A stretch of DNA of 64,000 bases from Ruminococcus sp. CAG:488 (GTDB lineage: Bacteria; Bacillota; Clostridia; Oscillospirales; Acutalibacteraceae), in NCBI GenBank assembly GCA_000434055.1, contig HF999647.1, positions 48,251 to 112,250 on the forward strand. Reading direction: 5' to 3'. The notes below the pieces were generated by a model. That model ran no database searches. It was not told the origin of the DNA and was given only the letters and a program-made list of their open reading frames with translations. Positions 19,441 through 29,823 of this stretch are shown here, piece after piece. Each line of letters opens with the position of its first letter. Position 1 is the stretch's first letter. The position numbers and the translations under genes were made by a program.

Positions 19441-20154
19441 TTATGAGAGCGGTTTTTTTGATATTTGTGCCGAAGCTCGTGGATATTTTGGCGGAGTTTG
19501 CGATATTTTTTTTGTTAAAATAATGTATCTTTCGCCGCAATTATCAATATTCGGCTCTTTGATTTCTTCAATCCGACCGCCCAAAAGCTTTATTGCTCCC
19601 CTTGCAGCTAAAACTTCTTCATCGGTTTTTACTGATTTCATCGGAGAAAAATATCCTCCGAGCTTTACAAACGGTAAACAGTATTCACTGAGTATATTAA
19701 GACTTGCAACCGCTCTTGCAGTTACAATATCATATTGTTCACGAAAAGTTTTATCTTTCCCTGCAAGTTCAGCTCGCATATGGACAATATCGGCTTCAAG
19801 ACCGAGTTCATCAAGAACGTTTGCAATGAAAACAAGCCGTTTATTTGTTCCGTCAAGCAAAGTCATTTTAAGATCAGGACGTGCAATCAACAATACAACG
19901 CCCGGAAAACCCGCGCCTGTGCCGACATCAATCACTTTTGCATTATCTTTAAAATTTACACAAGATAAAAGTGCAAGCGAATCAACAAAATGCTTATATA
20001 CAATTTCATCCGGATCTGTTATTGCGGTTAGGTTGAGCGTTTTATTTGTTTCAACAAGCATTTCTGCATATAAATCAAACCTGTCAAGCGCAGTTTCATC
20101 AAGCAAAACACCGATTTTTTCTGCTTCACATTTCAAAAGTGATTTATTTATCAT
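19441..20154 (-). CDS. rsmG: 16S rRNA (guanine527-N7)-methyltransferase RsmG (GidB)
   Basis: SAM-dependent methyltransferase motifs (VIDVGTGAGFPG). The start MINKS was chosen because the longer track ORF (to 20277) would overlap mnmG by 134 nt. Confidence 0.8.
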   Translation of the reverse strand: MINKSLLKCEAEKIGVLLDETALDRFDLYAEMLVETNKTLNLTAITDPDEIVYKHFVDSLALLSCVNFKDNAKVIDVGTGAGFPGVVLLIARPDLKMTLLDGTNKRLVFIANVLDELGLEADIVHMRAELAGKDKTFREQYDIVTARAVASLNILSEYCLPFVKLGGYFSPMKSVKTDEEVLAARGAIKLLGGRIEEIKEPNIDNCGERYIILTKKISQTPPKYPRASAQISKKPLS

Positions 20155-22024
20155 TTCTGCGCTCCTTTTCAAGGTAGATAAGCAAAACAGATATATCCGA
20201 CGGGCTGACGCCTGATATTCTCGAAGCCTGACCAATGCTGTGCGGACGAATTTTTGAGAGTTTTTCTCTCGCTTCAAGTCTAAGACCGAGAATCGAGTTA
20301 TAATCTATTTCATCGGAAAGCGTCTGAATTTCAAGACGGTGCATTTCATCAACCTGAGCCTGCTGACGTTTGATATAGCCCTCATATTTTGTATCAATTT
20401 CGACCTGCTCAAAAATTTCATACGGTAAATCGGGTCTGTCAACGTCAATCGAAGTTAAACAGTCATATCCTATCTGCGGCCTTTTAAGCAAATCGCAAAG
20501 ACGAACGCCTGTGGTTGCTTTTGATGTTTCACGTGAAACAAGTATATTGTTTAATGCATCCGACGGTGAAAAAACTGTTTTTTCGGTACGCTTTTTTTCA
20601 TCGGCAATTAGCTTAAGTTTCTTCAAAAATTTTGCATACCGTTCGTCGCTGATAAGACCTATTTCGTGTCCGATTGGTGTCAAACGGCGATCGGCGTTAT
20701 CTTGTCGAAGCAAAAGACGGTATTCGGAGCGAGAAGTCATCATTCTGTAGGGATCGGAACAACCTTTTGTTACAAGATCGTCAATCAAAGTGCCGATATA
20801 TGAACCTGAACGCTCGAGAATAAGAGGGTTTTGACCCTTAACCTTTCTGGCGGCGTTAATTCCTGCAACAAGACCCTGTGCGGCAGCTTCCTCATATCCG
20901 GAGGAACCGTTAAACTGACCCGCACCGAAAAGACCGTCGTAGTCCAAAAATTCAAGACTTGCCTTAAGCGCAAGCGGATCCACGCAGTCATATTCTATTG
21001 CATAAGCTGTTCTCATAAGCTCAGCATGTTCAAGTCCGGGGATAGTTCTTATAAATTTAAGCTGAACATCTTCGGGAAGAGAAGAAGAAAGACCTTGCAA
21101 GTACATTTCCTCCGTGTTCTCTCCGCAGGGTTCAATAAAGATCTGGTGACGTTCCTTTTCGGCAAAGCGAACGATTTTATCCTCGATGCTCGGACAGTAG
21201 CGAGGACCTTTTCCGTCAATTTTGCCGCTGTAAAGAGGGGAGCGATGTAAATTTTTTAAAATTATATCTTTTGTTTCAAGATTTGTATAGGTAATATAGC
21301 AAGGAAGCTTGTTTTGTATCTTTATTTTGTTATCAAATGAAAAAGGTACAATTCTCTCGTCACCGTTCTGAAGTTCAAGCTCATCACAATTGACCGTTTT
21401 CTTGTTAACTCGTGAGGGGGTTCCGGTCTTGAAGCGCCTTGTTGGGATACCGATGCGTTTAAGCGCTTCACCAAGCTTCTTAGCAGGGAACATACCGTCG
21501 GGACCGCTCTCATAGGAAACGTCACCTACGTACACCTTGCCGCTGAGGAAGGTTCCGGTTGCCAAAATCACACAATCTGCGGTGTAAACGGCCTCAAGGT
21601 GCGTTTTCAGTTGCCATTTACCGTTATCAAGTTTTTGAATATCAACAATTTCGCCTTGACGAAGGTCAAGGTTGTCCTGCTTTTCAAGCGCATGCTTCAT
21701 ATAGTCGGAATAAAGACGACGGTCAATTTGAGCACGCAGACTGTGAACGGCAGGTCCTTTACCAAGATTAAGAATTCGGCTTTGCAGAGTGTTTGCGTCA
21801 GCCGCCTTGCCCATTTCTCCGCCGAGTGCGTCAATTTCACGGACAAGATGCCCTTTAGAGGTTCCTCCGATTGACGGATTGCACGCCATGTTGCCGACCC
21901 AGTCAAGATTTATTGTAAAAACACAGGTTTCACAGCCGAGACGTGCCGCTGCAAGACCGGCTTCAATGCCTGCATGACCTGCGCCGATAACGATAACCTG
22001 ATAATCCTTTGCAAAATATTCCAT
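20144..22024 (-). CDS. mnmG: tRNA uridine 5-carboxymethylaminomethyl modification enzyme MnmG (GidA)
   Basis: 626 aa with an FAD-binding N-terminus (VIVIGAGHAGIEA). Confidence 0.92.
   Translation of the reverse strand: MEYFAKDYQVIVIGAGHAGIEAGLAAARLGCETCVFTINLDWVGNMACNPSIGGTSKGHLVREIDALGGEMGKAADANTLQSRILNLGKGPAVHSLRAQIDRRLYSDYMKHALEKQDNLDLRQGEIVDIQKLDNGKWQLKTHLEAVYTADCVILATGTFLSGKVYVGDVSYESGPDGMFPAKKLGEALKRIGIPTRRFKTGTPSRVNKKTVNCDELELQNGDERIVPFSFDNKIKIQNKLPCYITYTNLETKDIILKNLHRSPLYSGKIDGKGPRYCPSIEDKIVRFAEKERHQIFIEPCGENTEEMYLQGLSSSLPEDVQLKFIRTIPGLEHAELMRTAYAIEYDCVDPLALKASLEFLDYDGLFGAGQFNGSSGYEEAAAQGLVAGINAARKVKGQNPLILERSGSYIGTLIDDLVTKGCSDPYRMMTSRSEYRLLLRQDNADRRLTPIGHEIGLISDERYAKFLKKLKLIADEKKRTEKTVFSPSDALNNILVSRETSKATTGVRLCDLLKRPQIGYDCLTSIDVDRPDLPYEIFEQVEIDTKYEGYIKRQQAQVDEMHRLEIQTLSDEIDYNSILGLRLEAREKLSKIRPHSIGQASRISGVSPSDISVLLIYLEKERRNDK
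20525..20540. promoter_or_regulatory. Second perfect parS site (TGTTTCACGTGAAACA) inside the mnmG coding sequence
   Basis: Exact 16-bp palindrome. Intragenic parS sites are common near oriC. Confidence 0.8.
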
Positions 22025-22040
22025 AAAACTTCTCTTTTCT

Positions 22041-23411
22041 TTATTTTCCTACGCAGAACTGTTTAAAAACCTCATCAACAACCGCTTCGCTCGCCTTTTG
22101 ACCTGTCAATTCAAGCAATGCAGCTATCGCATCATCAATGCAAACGCCGATAGCATCGGGAGTGAGGCCAATATTCAAAGCTTCAAGAGCGTCTTTTAAC
22201 GCATCGGAAGCTTTTTGACAGCAAATGCGCTGTCGTTCGTTGACAAGCATTGCCGATGTTGTATCGAAATTCTTAGTTCCCATCAATTCGGCAACTCGGT
22301 CGCAAAGTTCATTGTAGCCGTCGCCGCTTTTGGCAGAGATGAACAGTGGAGAGCCGAGCTTATTTTTAATGTAATCAACATCAAGACGAGGTTCAAGGTC
22401 TGTTTTATTTATAATAGGTATAACATTTTTGTCTTTGCACTCATCAATAAGTTCCTTATCCTCGTCGGAAAGCGGTTTTGAGAGATCAAAAACAGCGAAT
22501 ACAATAGCGGCGCGCTCAAGCTTCTTTCTGCTTCGTTCAACTCCGAGCTTTTCAACTATGTCGCCTGTCTCTCTCATTCCTGCCGTATCCGAAATTCTGA
22601 GAATGCAGCCGTTGAGGTTAACCGTTTCTTCAACAACGTCTCTTGTTGTGCCTTCAATTTCCGTAACGATAGACCGGTCATAGCCCGTCAAGAGATTCAT
22701 AAGAGTGGATTTTCCAACATTTGGTTTTCCGACAATTGCAGCTTCCACTCCGTTTGTTACTGCCATTCCGCTGTCAAAGTTGCTTAACAAGGCACATAAT
22801 TCTAAATAAGCATTATATATTGTGCTGTAAAGCTCGTTATTGCCTAATTCTTCAATCTCGTCATCGGGATAATCAACCCAAGCGGCAATATGAGCTGCAA
22901 GAGAGAGGAGAGAGGAGTTGATTTTTTCAATTTTACGGCTGAGACTGCCTTCAAGCTGGTTGAAGGCGGCGTTTGCACCCTGTTCGCCTTGAGCGGATAT
23001 AAGAGTCATAACGCTTTCGGCTTCGGAAAGGTCAAGCTTACCGTTAAGAAAAGCTCTTTTTGTGAATTCGCCCGGAGCAGCCGCCTGAGCCCCGTTTTGC
23101 AGAACGAGACGGAGTATTTTTTTCAAAAGAACAACACCGCCGTGGCAATTTATCTCAACGACATCCTCGCCTGTGTAGCTGTGCGGCGCACGAAAAACAA
23201 GACAAACGACCTCATCAACGGCTGTTTCACCGTCAAAAATCCTGCCAAAATAAGCTCTGTAGCCCTTGGAAGAACTGAGCTTTATGCCGTTTACGGAAAC
23301 AAAAATTCTGTCGGCAATTTCAGTTGCATTTTTTCCCGATATTCTGATAATTCCAACGCCGCCGGTACCCAACGGTGTGGATATGGCGGCGATTGCTGAT
23401 AAATCACTCAT
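22041..23411 (-). CDS. mnmE: tRNA modification GTPase MnmE (TrmE)
   Basis: 456 aa with a G domain (GKPNVGKS) and a C-terminal CxGK motif (FCVGK). Confidence 0.9.
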   Translation of the reverse strand: MSDLSAIAAISTPLGTGGVGIIRISGKNATEIADRIFVSVNGIKLSSSKGYRAYFGRIFDGETAVDEVVCLVFRAPHSYTGEDVVEINCHGGVVLLKKILRLVLQNGAQAAAPGEFTKRAFLNGKLDLSEAESVMTLISAQGEQGANAAFNQLEGSLSRKIEKINSSLLSLAAHIAAWVDYPDDEIEELGNNELYSTIYNAYLELCALLSNFDSGMAVTNGVEAAIVGKPNVGKSTLMNLLTGYDRSIVTEIEGTTRDVVEETVNLNGCILRISDTAGMRETGDIVEKLGVERSRKKLERAAIVFAVFDLSKPLSDEDKELIDECKDKNVIPIINKTDLEPRLDVDYIKNKLGSPLFISAKSGDGYNELCDRVAELMGTKNFDTTSAMLVNERQRICCQKASDALKDALEALNIGLTPDAIGVCIDDAIAALLELTGQKASEAVVDEVFKQFCVGK

Positions 23412-23420
23412 TTCGTGACC

Positions 23421-24143
23421 TCACAATTTAAGATTGATATTAAAGCCTTCCAGTCGCATGGCAATGCGTTTAAAGGCTTCCTTTGCCTTTGAGTTATCCA
23501 GCATTCTCATGCCTGTAACGGAGCAATAGGAAATTTTGCTGTCCTCGGGAACAACTCCGATAAGCTGGAGTGACGTTGCGTCAATAACCTCGTCGATATT
23601 GAGATAATGTCCCCGTGTGGTTTGTTTTTTATTAAAACGGTTAATAATAAGCTTGATTTCTCCGACACCGAGCGTTGAAAGCTTGTCGCCGGCAAAGGAA
23701 CCGACACGAACACAGACATCGTCGGCAGTTGAAACGATTATTCCTTCATCGGCGCATGCCGCAGCGAGAAGAAAACCACCGCTGACACCAGCAGGAGCGT
23801 CCATAAGAATATAATCAAAGCTGTCATCATAGTTTTCAATCATTTCCATGACACTTTTTTCATTATATTCGTCGCTAAAATAGGTCGGAGCGGTCAGGAG
23901 AGACGGTCCGACTGTTGAACGAAGAGCCTGAGCAGGCTCGCATGAGCCTGAAATCACGTCGCCCCAGTTAAAAATTCCTGTGTCATCAGAAGCAAGAATA
24001 AGGTCAAGGCACCCCATTCCGATATCAAAATCAACAACCAAAACGTTTTGACCCATGGAGCAAAGCTCAATGGCAATGCCGGCGGTCAGTGAAGATTTTC
24101 CCACTCCGCCTTTGCCCGAAGCCAAAACAATTTTTCTTGCCAT
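23421..24143 (-). CDS. MinD/ParA-family ATPase (MinD-like, 240 aa, no obvious C-terminal amphipathic helix)
   Basis: Deviant Walker A GKGGVGKS. DFDIGMGCLDLIL and LIGVVPED align to MinD. Confidence 0.6.
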   Translation of the reverse strand: MARKIVLASGKGGVGKSSLTAGIAIELCSMGQNVLVVDFDIGMGCLDLILASDDTGIFNWGDVISGSCEPAQALRSTVGPSLLTAPTYFSDEYNEKSVMEMIENYDDSFDYILMDAPAGVSGGFLLAAACADEGIIVSTADDVCVRVGSFAGDKLSTLGVGEIKLIINRFNKKQTTRGHYLNIDEVIDATSLQLIGVVPEDSKISYCSVTGMRMLDNSKAKEAFKRIAMRLEGFNINLKL

Positions 24144-24164
24144 TTGATCACTTCCTGTTCTTTT

Positions 24165-26225
24165 TTATCTTAAAAGATCGCTGTACTCTTTCTGCTGACT
24201 GTCATCGTCCTGAGTGTCGTCGTTTTCGCCTGTTGTAACTTTATTTTTGTAATAATAGTTATATACCGCAGATGCTATGGGAGAAAGACTGCCACCCGAA
24301 TAAGCGCCCTCAACGGCAACAGCAACACAGATTTCCGGATCGTCATACGGTGCCATTGTAATAAGAAATCCGTTCGTATAAATTCCGGTTTTTCCGTTAA
24401 TTGTTTTCTCAAGGGTTGAAGTTCCTGTTTTACAGGCAACCTCAACAACAGAATCGTCAAAGCTTCCGGCAAGGGTTACGGTCGCAACCCGGCGCATACC
24501 TTCCTTGATTATTTGAATATTCTTCTTTTTGAAGCCTGTTTCGCAAAGAACCTCAGGCTGCTTTTCTTCGATAATGGTTGAATTGTCTGCGGAGTAAACC
24601 GCTTTAACTATGTGCGCGGCATAGCGTGTTCCGCCGTTTGCGATAGTTGAAACATAGTTGCAAAGCTGAAGGGGAGTGAAGAGGTTGCCGGCCTGACCGA
24701 TTGCCGACTGGAGCGAGAAGCCGGTTTGCCATGTCTGACCGATTGATGCACGATAGCTGGGGGAGTCAAGGACGCCTGTGTTTTCGTCAAGCTCTATGCC
24801 GGTAGGTTGACCGAGTCCGAGCATTTCACGGTACATATTCATCTTTTCAATTCCGAGCAGTTCGCCGCCGAAATGGTAGAAATATATGTTACAAGAATCC
24901 TGAATTGCCGTTCTTATATCAATTGTGGTCGTTTCCGGGTTGTTATTACAAACAAGACCGTACTTATACGTTCCTGTACATTCAATCGTTGAGTTCTCAT
25001 CGGCAACACCCTCCTCAAGAATACCGATAGCCGTTGAAACCTTGGCGGTTGAACCCGGAGCATAAGTGCTCAGAAGCGCACGGTTATAAAGAGGGGAGTT
25101 GGAATCCTTCGCAAGCTTTGAATAGTTCTTATAGTATGTGTTGAGGTCGTAGGACGGGTAGGTGGCAATTGAAAGAATCTCTCCCGTCTTACAGTTCATG
25201 ACGACTGCTGCGCCGCCGCCCTTGTTTGCGCTGTCAAGGGAGTTGATCTTTGCCGCCAAAGCGTCCTGAGTGACCTTTTGAAGCCCTGCATCAAGGGTAA
25301 GAAAAACATTATCGCCGTTTTCCAGACCCTTAGTAACGGTCGTCTGCGTGCCGTCAAGAGCGGTGGTGACAAGCTTCGTTCCGTTTTTGCCCTTAAGCTG
25401 TTTTTCAAAGAGCTGTTCAATACCTGTTTTTCCGACAATATCATCCATTCCGTAGCCGTCTTTTTTCAGCTCGGCGTATTCCTCGGCACTGATAACGCCT
25501 GTTACGCCGATTATGTGCGGAGCAAGAGTACCGTCGGTGTATTCACGGTAGTTGCCTATCTGAATATCAACACCCTTATAATAACGGCTGTTTTCCTTGA
25601 TTACCGAAGCAACCTGATCTGTGACATCGGTTGCAAAAACATAGGGATTTGCCGAATTGAAATTGTTAATCTTCATTTGATAGCAGACCGAAGCAATTTT
25701 TCTTCTGTCTGCCTTTGAATAGCTCTCAAGCTTATATCTGTCGACAAGCTCGTTCATGCAATCGTCTGCCGTGGCATACTTATTAAGACGAAGAATATCG
25801 CGGGATTTCATGGTTTCGATATCTTTTTCCCTGTCCTCGGCAAACTGATAATTTCCGTTTGAATCGAGGACGATGGGCATATCATCGTTCCATTTAACTT
25901 TGTTCTTTTCAAAAAGATCAATGAGGGATTTAATAAGCTTGTTGCGCTCCTCCTGCTTGGAATATTCGGGAAAATCCGCAGCGTTGAAAACAACATCATT
26001 ACCCTGACGGTTGCCGACGATAACCTTACCGTTGCGGTCAAGGATCTGACCTCTTGTTGCTTTGACCTCTGTTGATTCAACCGAGGCGGTGTTCGACGCC
26101 GTGTCTTTTTTACCGTCGATTATCTGACTTTTTGCAAGGGTGAAAATGAAAACCGCCGTAAGACAGACGAAAATCGTTATCATTGCAATAAATCTTCCTT
26201 TTTTCTCTTCACGCGCAAGTCTCAT
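24165..26225 (-). CDS. Penicillin-binding protein 2 (class B transpeptidase, elongasome)
   Basis: 686 aa with an N-terminal transmembrane segment, a dimerization domain and a transpeptidase domain (SxxK-type motif region). Located adjacent to mreBCD. Confidence 0.8.
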   Translation of the reverse strand: MRLAREEKKGRFIAMITIFVCLTAVFIFTLAKSQIIDGKKDTASNTASVESTEVKATRGQILDRNGKVIVGNRQGNDVVFNAADFPEYSKQEERNKLIKSLIDLFEKNKVKWNDDMPIVLDSNGNYQFAEDREKDIETMKSRDILRLNKYATADDCMNELVDRYKLESYSKADRRKIASVCYQMKINNFNSANPYVFATDVTDQVASVIKENSRYYKGVDIQIGNYREYTDGTLAPHIIGVTGVISAEEYAELKKDGYGMDDIVGKTGIEQLFEKQLKGKNGTKLVTTALDGTQTTVTKGLENGDNVFLTLDAGLQKVTQDALAAKINSLDSANKGGGAAVVMNCKTGEILSIATYPSYDLNTYYKNYSKLAKDSNSPLYNRALLSTYAPGSTAKVSTAIGILEEGVADENSTIECTGTYKYGLVCNNNPETTTIDIRTAIQDSCNIYFYHFGGELLGIEKMNMYREMLGLGQPTGIELDENTGVLDSPSYRASIGQTWQTGFSLQSAIGQAGNLFTPLQLCNYVSTIANGGTRYAAHIVKAVYSADNSTIIEEKQPEVLCETGFKKKNIQIIKEGMRRVATVTLAGSFDDSVVEVACKTGTSTLEKTINGKTGIYTNGFLITMAPYDDPEICVAVAVEGAYSGGSLSPIASAVYNYYYKNKVTTGENDDTQDDDSQQKEYSDLLR

Positions 26226-26257
26226 TTTTTCACTCCTTTTTTGAAAATTTTTTGGTT

Positions 26258-26788
26258 TTATTTAAATTTTTTGACCGTGAGACGGACAATCAGATAGAAA
26301 ATCGGTGTAAAAAGCGTTGTGTAAACGGCAGAAAAAACATAATACTTAAGATAGAAAACAAAAGTGATTTCTATTCCGTCAAAGACATAGAAAAATAAGC
26401 AATAAAGCGAATTGAGAAGCAATGTAAACATAAATGTAAATATGAGCGCAGTTACAAGATTGTTTCTCATAAGGTAGGTTATGAGCATACCGGAGACGAA
26501 GCCTATAAGGGTAAACATAACCGAATAGAAGCACACGCTGTCGGGGCTGACGGCTTCAAGCATCATTCCTGCGGCAAGACCAAAAAACAGCCCGGAAAAT
26601 TCACGCTCAAACATGGCAATGCAAACCGTTGCCGGAACCAGCAGGCAAGCATGTATTCCGAAGGGAGAGGGGAAAAATCCGCTCGTTGTCTGAAAAATAA
26701 ACGTGACGAGAACCAATACGGCGAGAAGTATTCTTCTTTTTATACTGTCATTTTTTTTAAGCTCTTCAATATAATTCATATCAGTCAC
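26258..26788 (-). CDS. mreD: Rod shape-determining protein MreD
   Basis: 176 aa polytopic membrane protein immediately downstream of mreC. Confidence 0.7.
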   Translation of the reverse strand: MTDMNYIEELKKNDSIKRRILLAVLVLVTFIFQTTSGFFPSPFGIHACLLVPATVCIAMFEREFSGLFFGLAAGMMLEAVSPDSVCFYSVMFTLIGFVSGMLITYLMRNNLVTALIFTFMFTLLLNSLYCLFFYVFDGIEITFVFYLKYYVFSAVYTTLFTPIFYLIVRLTVKKFK

Positions 26789-27641
26789 CCGTGATGGTTA
26801 TAACGCCCTGACCTTCAAACTCGGTGATGATGAAAACCTCGGAAAGCTCCTCGATATTGACAGCCGACCTGATTGTTGCAAAGGAGGAATTATCCTCCTT
26901 GGAGTTTTCAAGTTTAACTACCGTGCCGACAATCAAATCCTTGGGATAAACACCGCCGTTTCCCGTTGTGCAGATAATTCCGCTCGGTGAAACGGATGAA
27001 TCCGATTTAAGACCCGGGAGTTTGCAGTAAACTCTGTCCTCGGTCTTGCCAAGACCCGTAACATAGCCGATTTCTCCCGTGTAGGTTTCGTAAACGCTGA
27101 CGTTCATCTTGGGGTTTGAAAGGGTATAGACCGTGCATGAAGTCGGACCGACGCTTGCAACGACGCCGACAAGATTTTTGCCGTAAATAACAGGGTCATT
27201 GATCTTAACGCCTGCCGTCGTGCCCTTGTTAAGGGTGAATGAAGAAAACGGATTTTCAAAATCGTTTGAAATTATTTTTGCGTTCTGAAATTTGAAGTCG
27301 GGATTTTCCTCTTTAACTCCGAGAAAGTCCTCATAGGTACCGAGCTTCTTTTTTATGTTGTTATAATCAATAATTTTATTCTGATATTCTTCAATCTGTT
27401 CTTTGAGCTTTGAATTTTCCTCCTGGAGAGTCTTTGACGACTTAAAGCTGTCGTTAAAGTTGGAAAATTTATAGCTTAGATATGAAGAAAAGCGCTGAAG
27501 AGGATGAAGCACCGTACTTGTGGCTGACGAAAGCGGAGTTGAGCTATTATGCGTGTACGCTGCAATAACAGCGCCCAGCGAAAGGGCGACAATAACGCAG
27601 ACAAGCGCCTTAAACGCACGGTTTCTGATAATTTTTTTCAT
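26781..27641 (-). CDS. mreC: Rod shape-determining protein MreC
   Basis: N-terminal transmembrane segment, a coiled coil and beta-rich domains. 286 aa; overlaps mreD by 8 nt. Confidence 0.8.
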   Translation of the reverse strand: MKKIIRNRAFKALVCVIVALSLGAVIAAYTHNSSTPLSSATSTVLHPLQRFSSYLSYKFSNFNDSFKSSKTLQEENSKLKEQIEEYQNKIIDYNNIKKKLGTYEDFLGVKEENPDFKFQNAKIISNDFENPFSSFTLNKGTTAGVKINDPVIYGKNLVGVVASVGPTSCTVYTLSNPKMNVSVYETYTGEIGYVTGLGKTEDRVYCKLPGLKSDSSVSPSGIICTTGNGGVYPKDLIVGTVVKLENSKEDNSSFATIRSAVNIEELSEVFIITEFEGQGVITITGD

Positions 27642-27678
27642 TCCTCTTCACCTCCTTGATTTGTAGAAAGTTTTTTCA

Positions 27679-28665
27679 TCAGCGACGTTTTTCAAGGCAA
27701 ATGCCCGTTCCCTCAACAACGCAGTCAAGCGGATTGTCCGCAACCGTAACGGGGATTTTTACCTCCTGCTCGATGAGCTTGTCAAGACCTCTGAGCTGTG
27801 CGCCGCCGCCTGTGAGGGTGATGCCGTTGTCAATAATATCTGCGGCGAGCTCGGGCGGAGTGTTCTCAAGAGTGATTTTGATTGCGTCGATGATTTGATA
27901 GACCGATTCCTTGAGAGCTTCTCTGATTTCAGCAGCTGTAACCTCAACGTCCTTCGGAAGGCCGTCAATGAGGTTTCTGCCCTTAACGTTGATTGCGCCC
28001 TCGCCCTCGTATTCATAGGCGGAGCCGATCTGAATTTTTATATCCTCGGCCGTTCTTTCGCCGATAAGAAGGTTATATTTTTTTCTGACATAATTGATAA
28101 TTGCCTCGTCATAGCTGTCGCCTGCGCCCTTGACCGAACGAGAGGTTACAATATCGCTGAGTGCAACAACGGCAACCTCTGCCGTACCGCCGCCGATATC
28201 GACTATCATTGAGCCTTCGGGCTTTTCAACGTCAATTCCGGCGCCGATTGCCGCCGCCATGGGTTCCTCAATAAGGCTGACATATCTTGCGCCTGCCGAT
28301 TTTGCGGCATCGTTAACGGCTCTGCGCTCAACCTCGGTAACGCCGGATGGAACGCAGATCATGACTCTCGTTTTGCTCAGCGGAGAAGCCGTGATAGCCT
28401 TGCGAATAAATTTTTTAAGCATTTCCGCCGTTGCGTCAAAGTCGGCAATAACGCCGTCGCGCAGGGGACGGAGGGCAACGATAGAACCGGGAGTTCTGCC
28501 GATCATATCCTTAGCCTCGGAACCGACGGCAACAACCTTGACCGGAGTAAATCTCTGGTCAACGGCAACAACCGAAGGCTCACGAATGATTATACCCTTG
28601 CCCTTAACGAAAACAAGGGTGTTTGATGTTCCGAGATCAATTCCTATATCCTGTGAAAACAACAT
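27679..28665 (-). CDS. mreB: Rod shape-determining protein MreB (actin homolog)
   Basis: 328 aa with phosphate-binding loops (DLGTSNT, DIGGGT). Confidence 0.92.
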   Translation of the reverse strand: MLFSQDIGIDLGTSNTLVFVKGKGIIIREPSVVAVDQRFTPVKVVAVGSEAKDMIGRTPGSIVALRPLRDGVIADFDATAEMLKKFIRKAITASPLSKTRVMICVPSGVTEVERRAVNDAAKSAGARYVSLIEEPMAAAIGAGIDVEKPEGSMIVDIGGGTAEVAVVALSDIVTSRSVKGAGDSYDEAIINYVRKKYNLLIGERTAEDIKIQIGSAYEYEGEGAINVKGRNLIDGLPKDVEVTAAEIREALKESVYQIIDAIKITLENTPPELAADIIDNGITLTGGGAQLRGLDKLIEQEVKIPVTVADNPLDCVVEGTGICLEKRR

Positions 28666-28677
28666 AATGATTACCCC

Positions 28678-29433
28678 TTACTGATTATTTGCTGTCGTGG
28701 TTTTTTCGGACGCCTTGGTGAAAGGTGCGGTCGGAATTGTACTAACCTCGTCCGTTGGCAGCTCCTTGACGGTTGCGCACGAGTTGATAAGCTCAACCAT
28801 GCTGTCGCTGTCATAGCATTTATCGTAAACGGAAGCCGTAATTTCAATCATCGGCTCGCCGTCGTCAATACAGAAATAAAACACGTCTGTGTTTTCGGAG
28901 GCAACTCTGTAGGAAATTGCCTTTGCATTTTTGCCCATGAGGGTTACTTCGTATTCTTTAATGTCGGAAATCGAATCGCCCATCTGGCTGAGTTGAACAA
29001 TGTTGATGAGATATTCGTTGTAGGTCTCCTGCAAGGTTCTGTTCTGCCTGTAGCCAAAGTCGATCTGACATGCCGCAACGCCGGATTTTGTGCATTTTCC
29101 GGAGTGACGGAGCCTGACAAAAGACGTTTCCTTTGAAACAGCCCAGTCGCTCGGAACCTTAATGCTTACAACGGCATTTTCGATTTCCGTATTGCGCTTG
29201 TTTGTGATTTTGTCGGGGAAGTCATACGGCTGAGTAACTTTACTTCCGTCCTCATCGGTTTGTTCTATTATAAGACGACCCCATTTATCCTGCTGCTTGT
29301 TGCCGTCTTTGTCCGTAACGGGGGTATAGGTGCGTCCGTTTTTGTCAACGATAACATTTTTATTTCCGCAAGCTGTCAAAGCGGTCGCAAAAACGAGAAG
29401 CAGAGCTGAAATTATTATAAGAGATTTTTTCAA
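28678..29433 (-). CDS. Lipoprotein of unknown function
   Basis: Signal peptide with the lipobox LTAC and Cys-containing beta-rich domains. Confidence 0.55.
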   Translation of the reverse strand: MKKSLIIISALLLVFATALTACGNKNVIVDKNGRTYTPVTDKDGNKQQDKWGRLIIEQTDEDGSKVTQPYDFPDKITNKRNTEIENAVVSIKVPSDWAVSKETSFVRLRHSGKCTKSGVAACQIDFGYRQNRTLQETYNEYLINIVQLSQMGDSISDIKEYEVTLMGKNAKAISYRVASENTDVFYFCIDDGEPMIEITASVYDKCYDSDSMVELINSCATVKELPTDEVSTIPTAPFTKASEKTTTANNQ

Positions 29434-29519
29434 ATAAATCGCCTACTTTACAATTTTATTCAATATAAAAGTATATCATTTCATATGTTAAAAGTCAATC
29501 GAAATAATGTAAATTACGG

Positions 29520-29548
29520 TTGACAACGGATAGTTATTTTGATAAAAT
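29520..29548 (+). promoter_or_regulatory. Promoter for tRNA-Arg (TTGACA, 17-bp spacer, TAAAAT)
   Basis: Sequence TTGACAACGGATAGTTATTTTGATAAAAT, about 40 bp upstream of the tRNA 5' end. Confidence 0.45.
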
Positions 29549-29588
29549 ATCTGAGTAATCATCGACAGATGAAATTGACAATATACCT

Positions 29589-29665
29589 GTCTCCGTAGCT
29601 CAGCAGGATAGAGCGTTCGCCTCCTAAGCGAAAGGCCGTGGGTTCGAATCCCGCCGGGGACGCCA
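29589..29665 (+). tRNA. tRNA-Arg (anticodon CCT), with encoded CCA end
   Basis: A cloverleaf can be drawn with acceptor stem GTCTCCG/CGGGGAC and a TPsiC arm GGTTCGAATCC. The anticodon loop is CTCCTAA and the 3' end is CCA. Confidence 0.85.
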
Positions 29666-29666
29666 A

Positions 29667-29706
29667 AAAGGAAAGCCGCACATCAGTGTGGCTTTCCTTT
29701 TTGGCT
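29667..29706 (+). terminator. Intrinsic terminator after tRNA-Arg
   Basis: A 13-bp stem (AAGGAAAGCCGCA...TGTGGCTTTCCTT) followed by TTTTT. Confidence 0.7.
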
Positions 29707-29823
29707 TGTTTATTATTAACTACGTTCTTTTTTTAATCTTTTAAAAATCAGGTTTTCTATAAGAGACAAAAGAGAAAAGCGTGAAATCCCGGGCAGGAAG
29801 GCTGCCGAGAAGAATAAACCTCT

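Noticed and set aside
19523-20215. 230-aa + strand ORF antisense to rsmG, and other long antisense ORFs (5876..6340, 31705..32388, 35626..36450, 37883..38629, 42790..43431, 43209..44210, 46106..46585)
   Set aside because: Each lies entirely inside a strongly supported gene on the opposite strand. They have biased low-complexity composition and no RBS.
19441-20277. Long form of rsmG (278 aa) overlapping mnmG by 134 nt
   Set aside because: The internal Met (MINKS...) gives a canonical roughly 237-aa RsmG with a short overlap. The N-terminal extension is not conserved-looking.
29707-29823. Possible integrase or att site next to tRNA-Arg indicating a genomic island
   Set aside because: No integrase, recombinase or direct repeat of the tRNA 3' end was seen downstream. 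Composition is similar to the flanking core genes.
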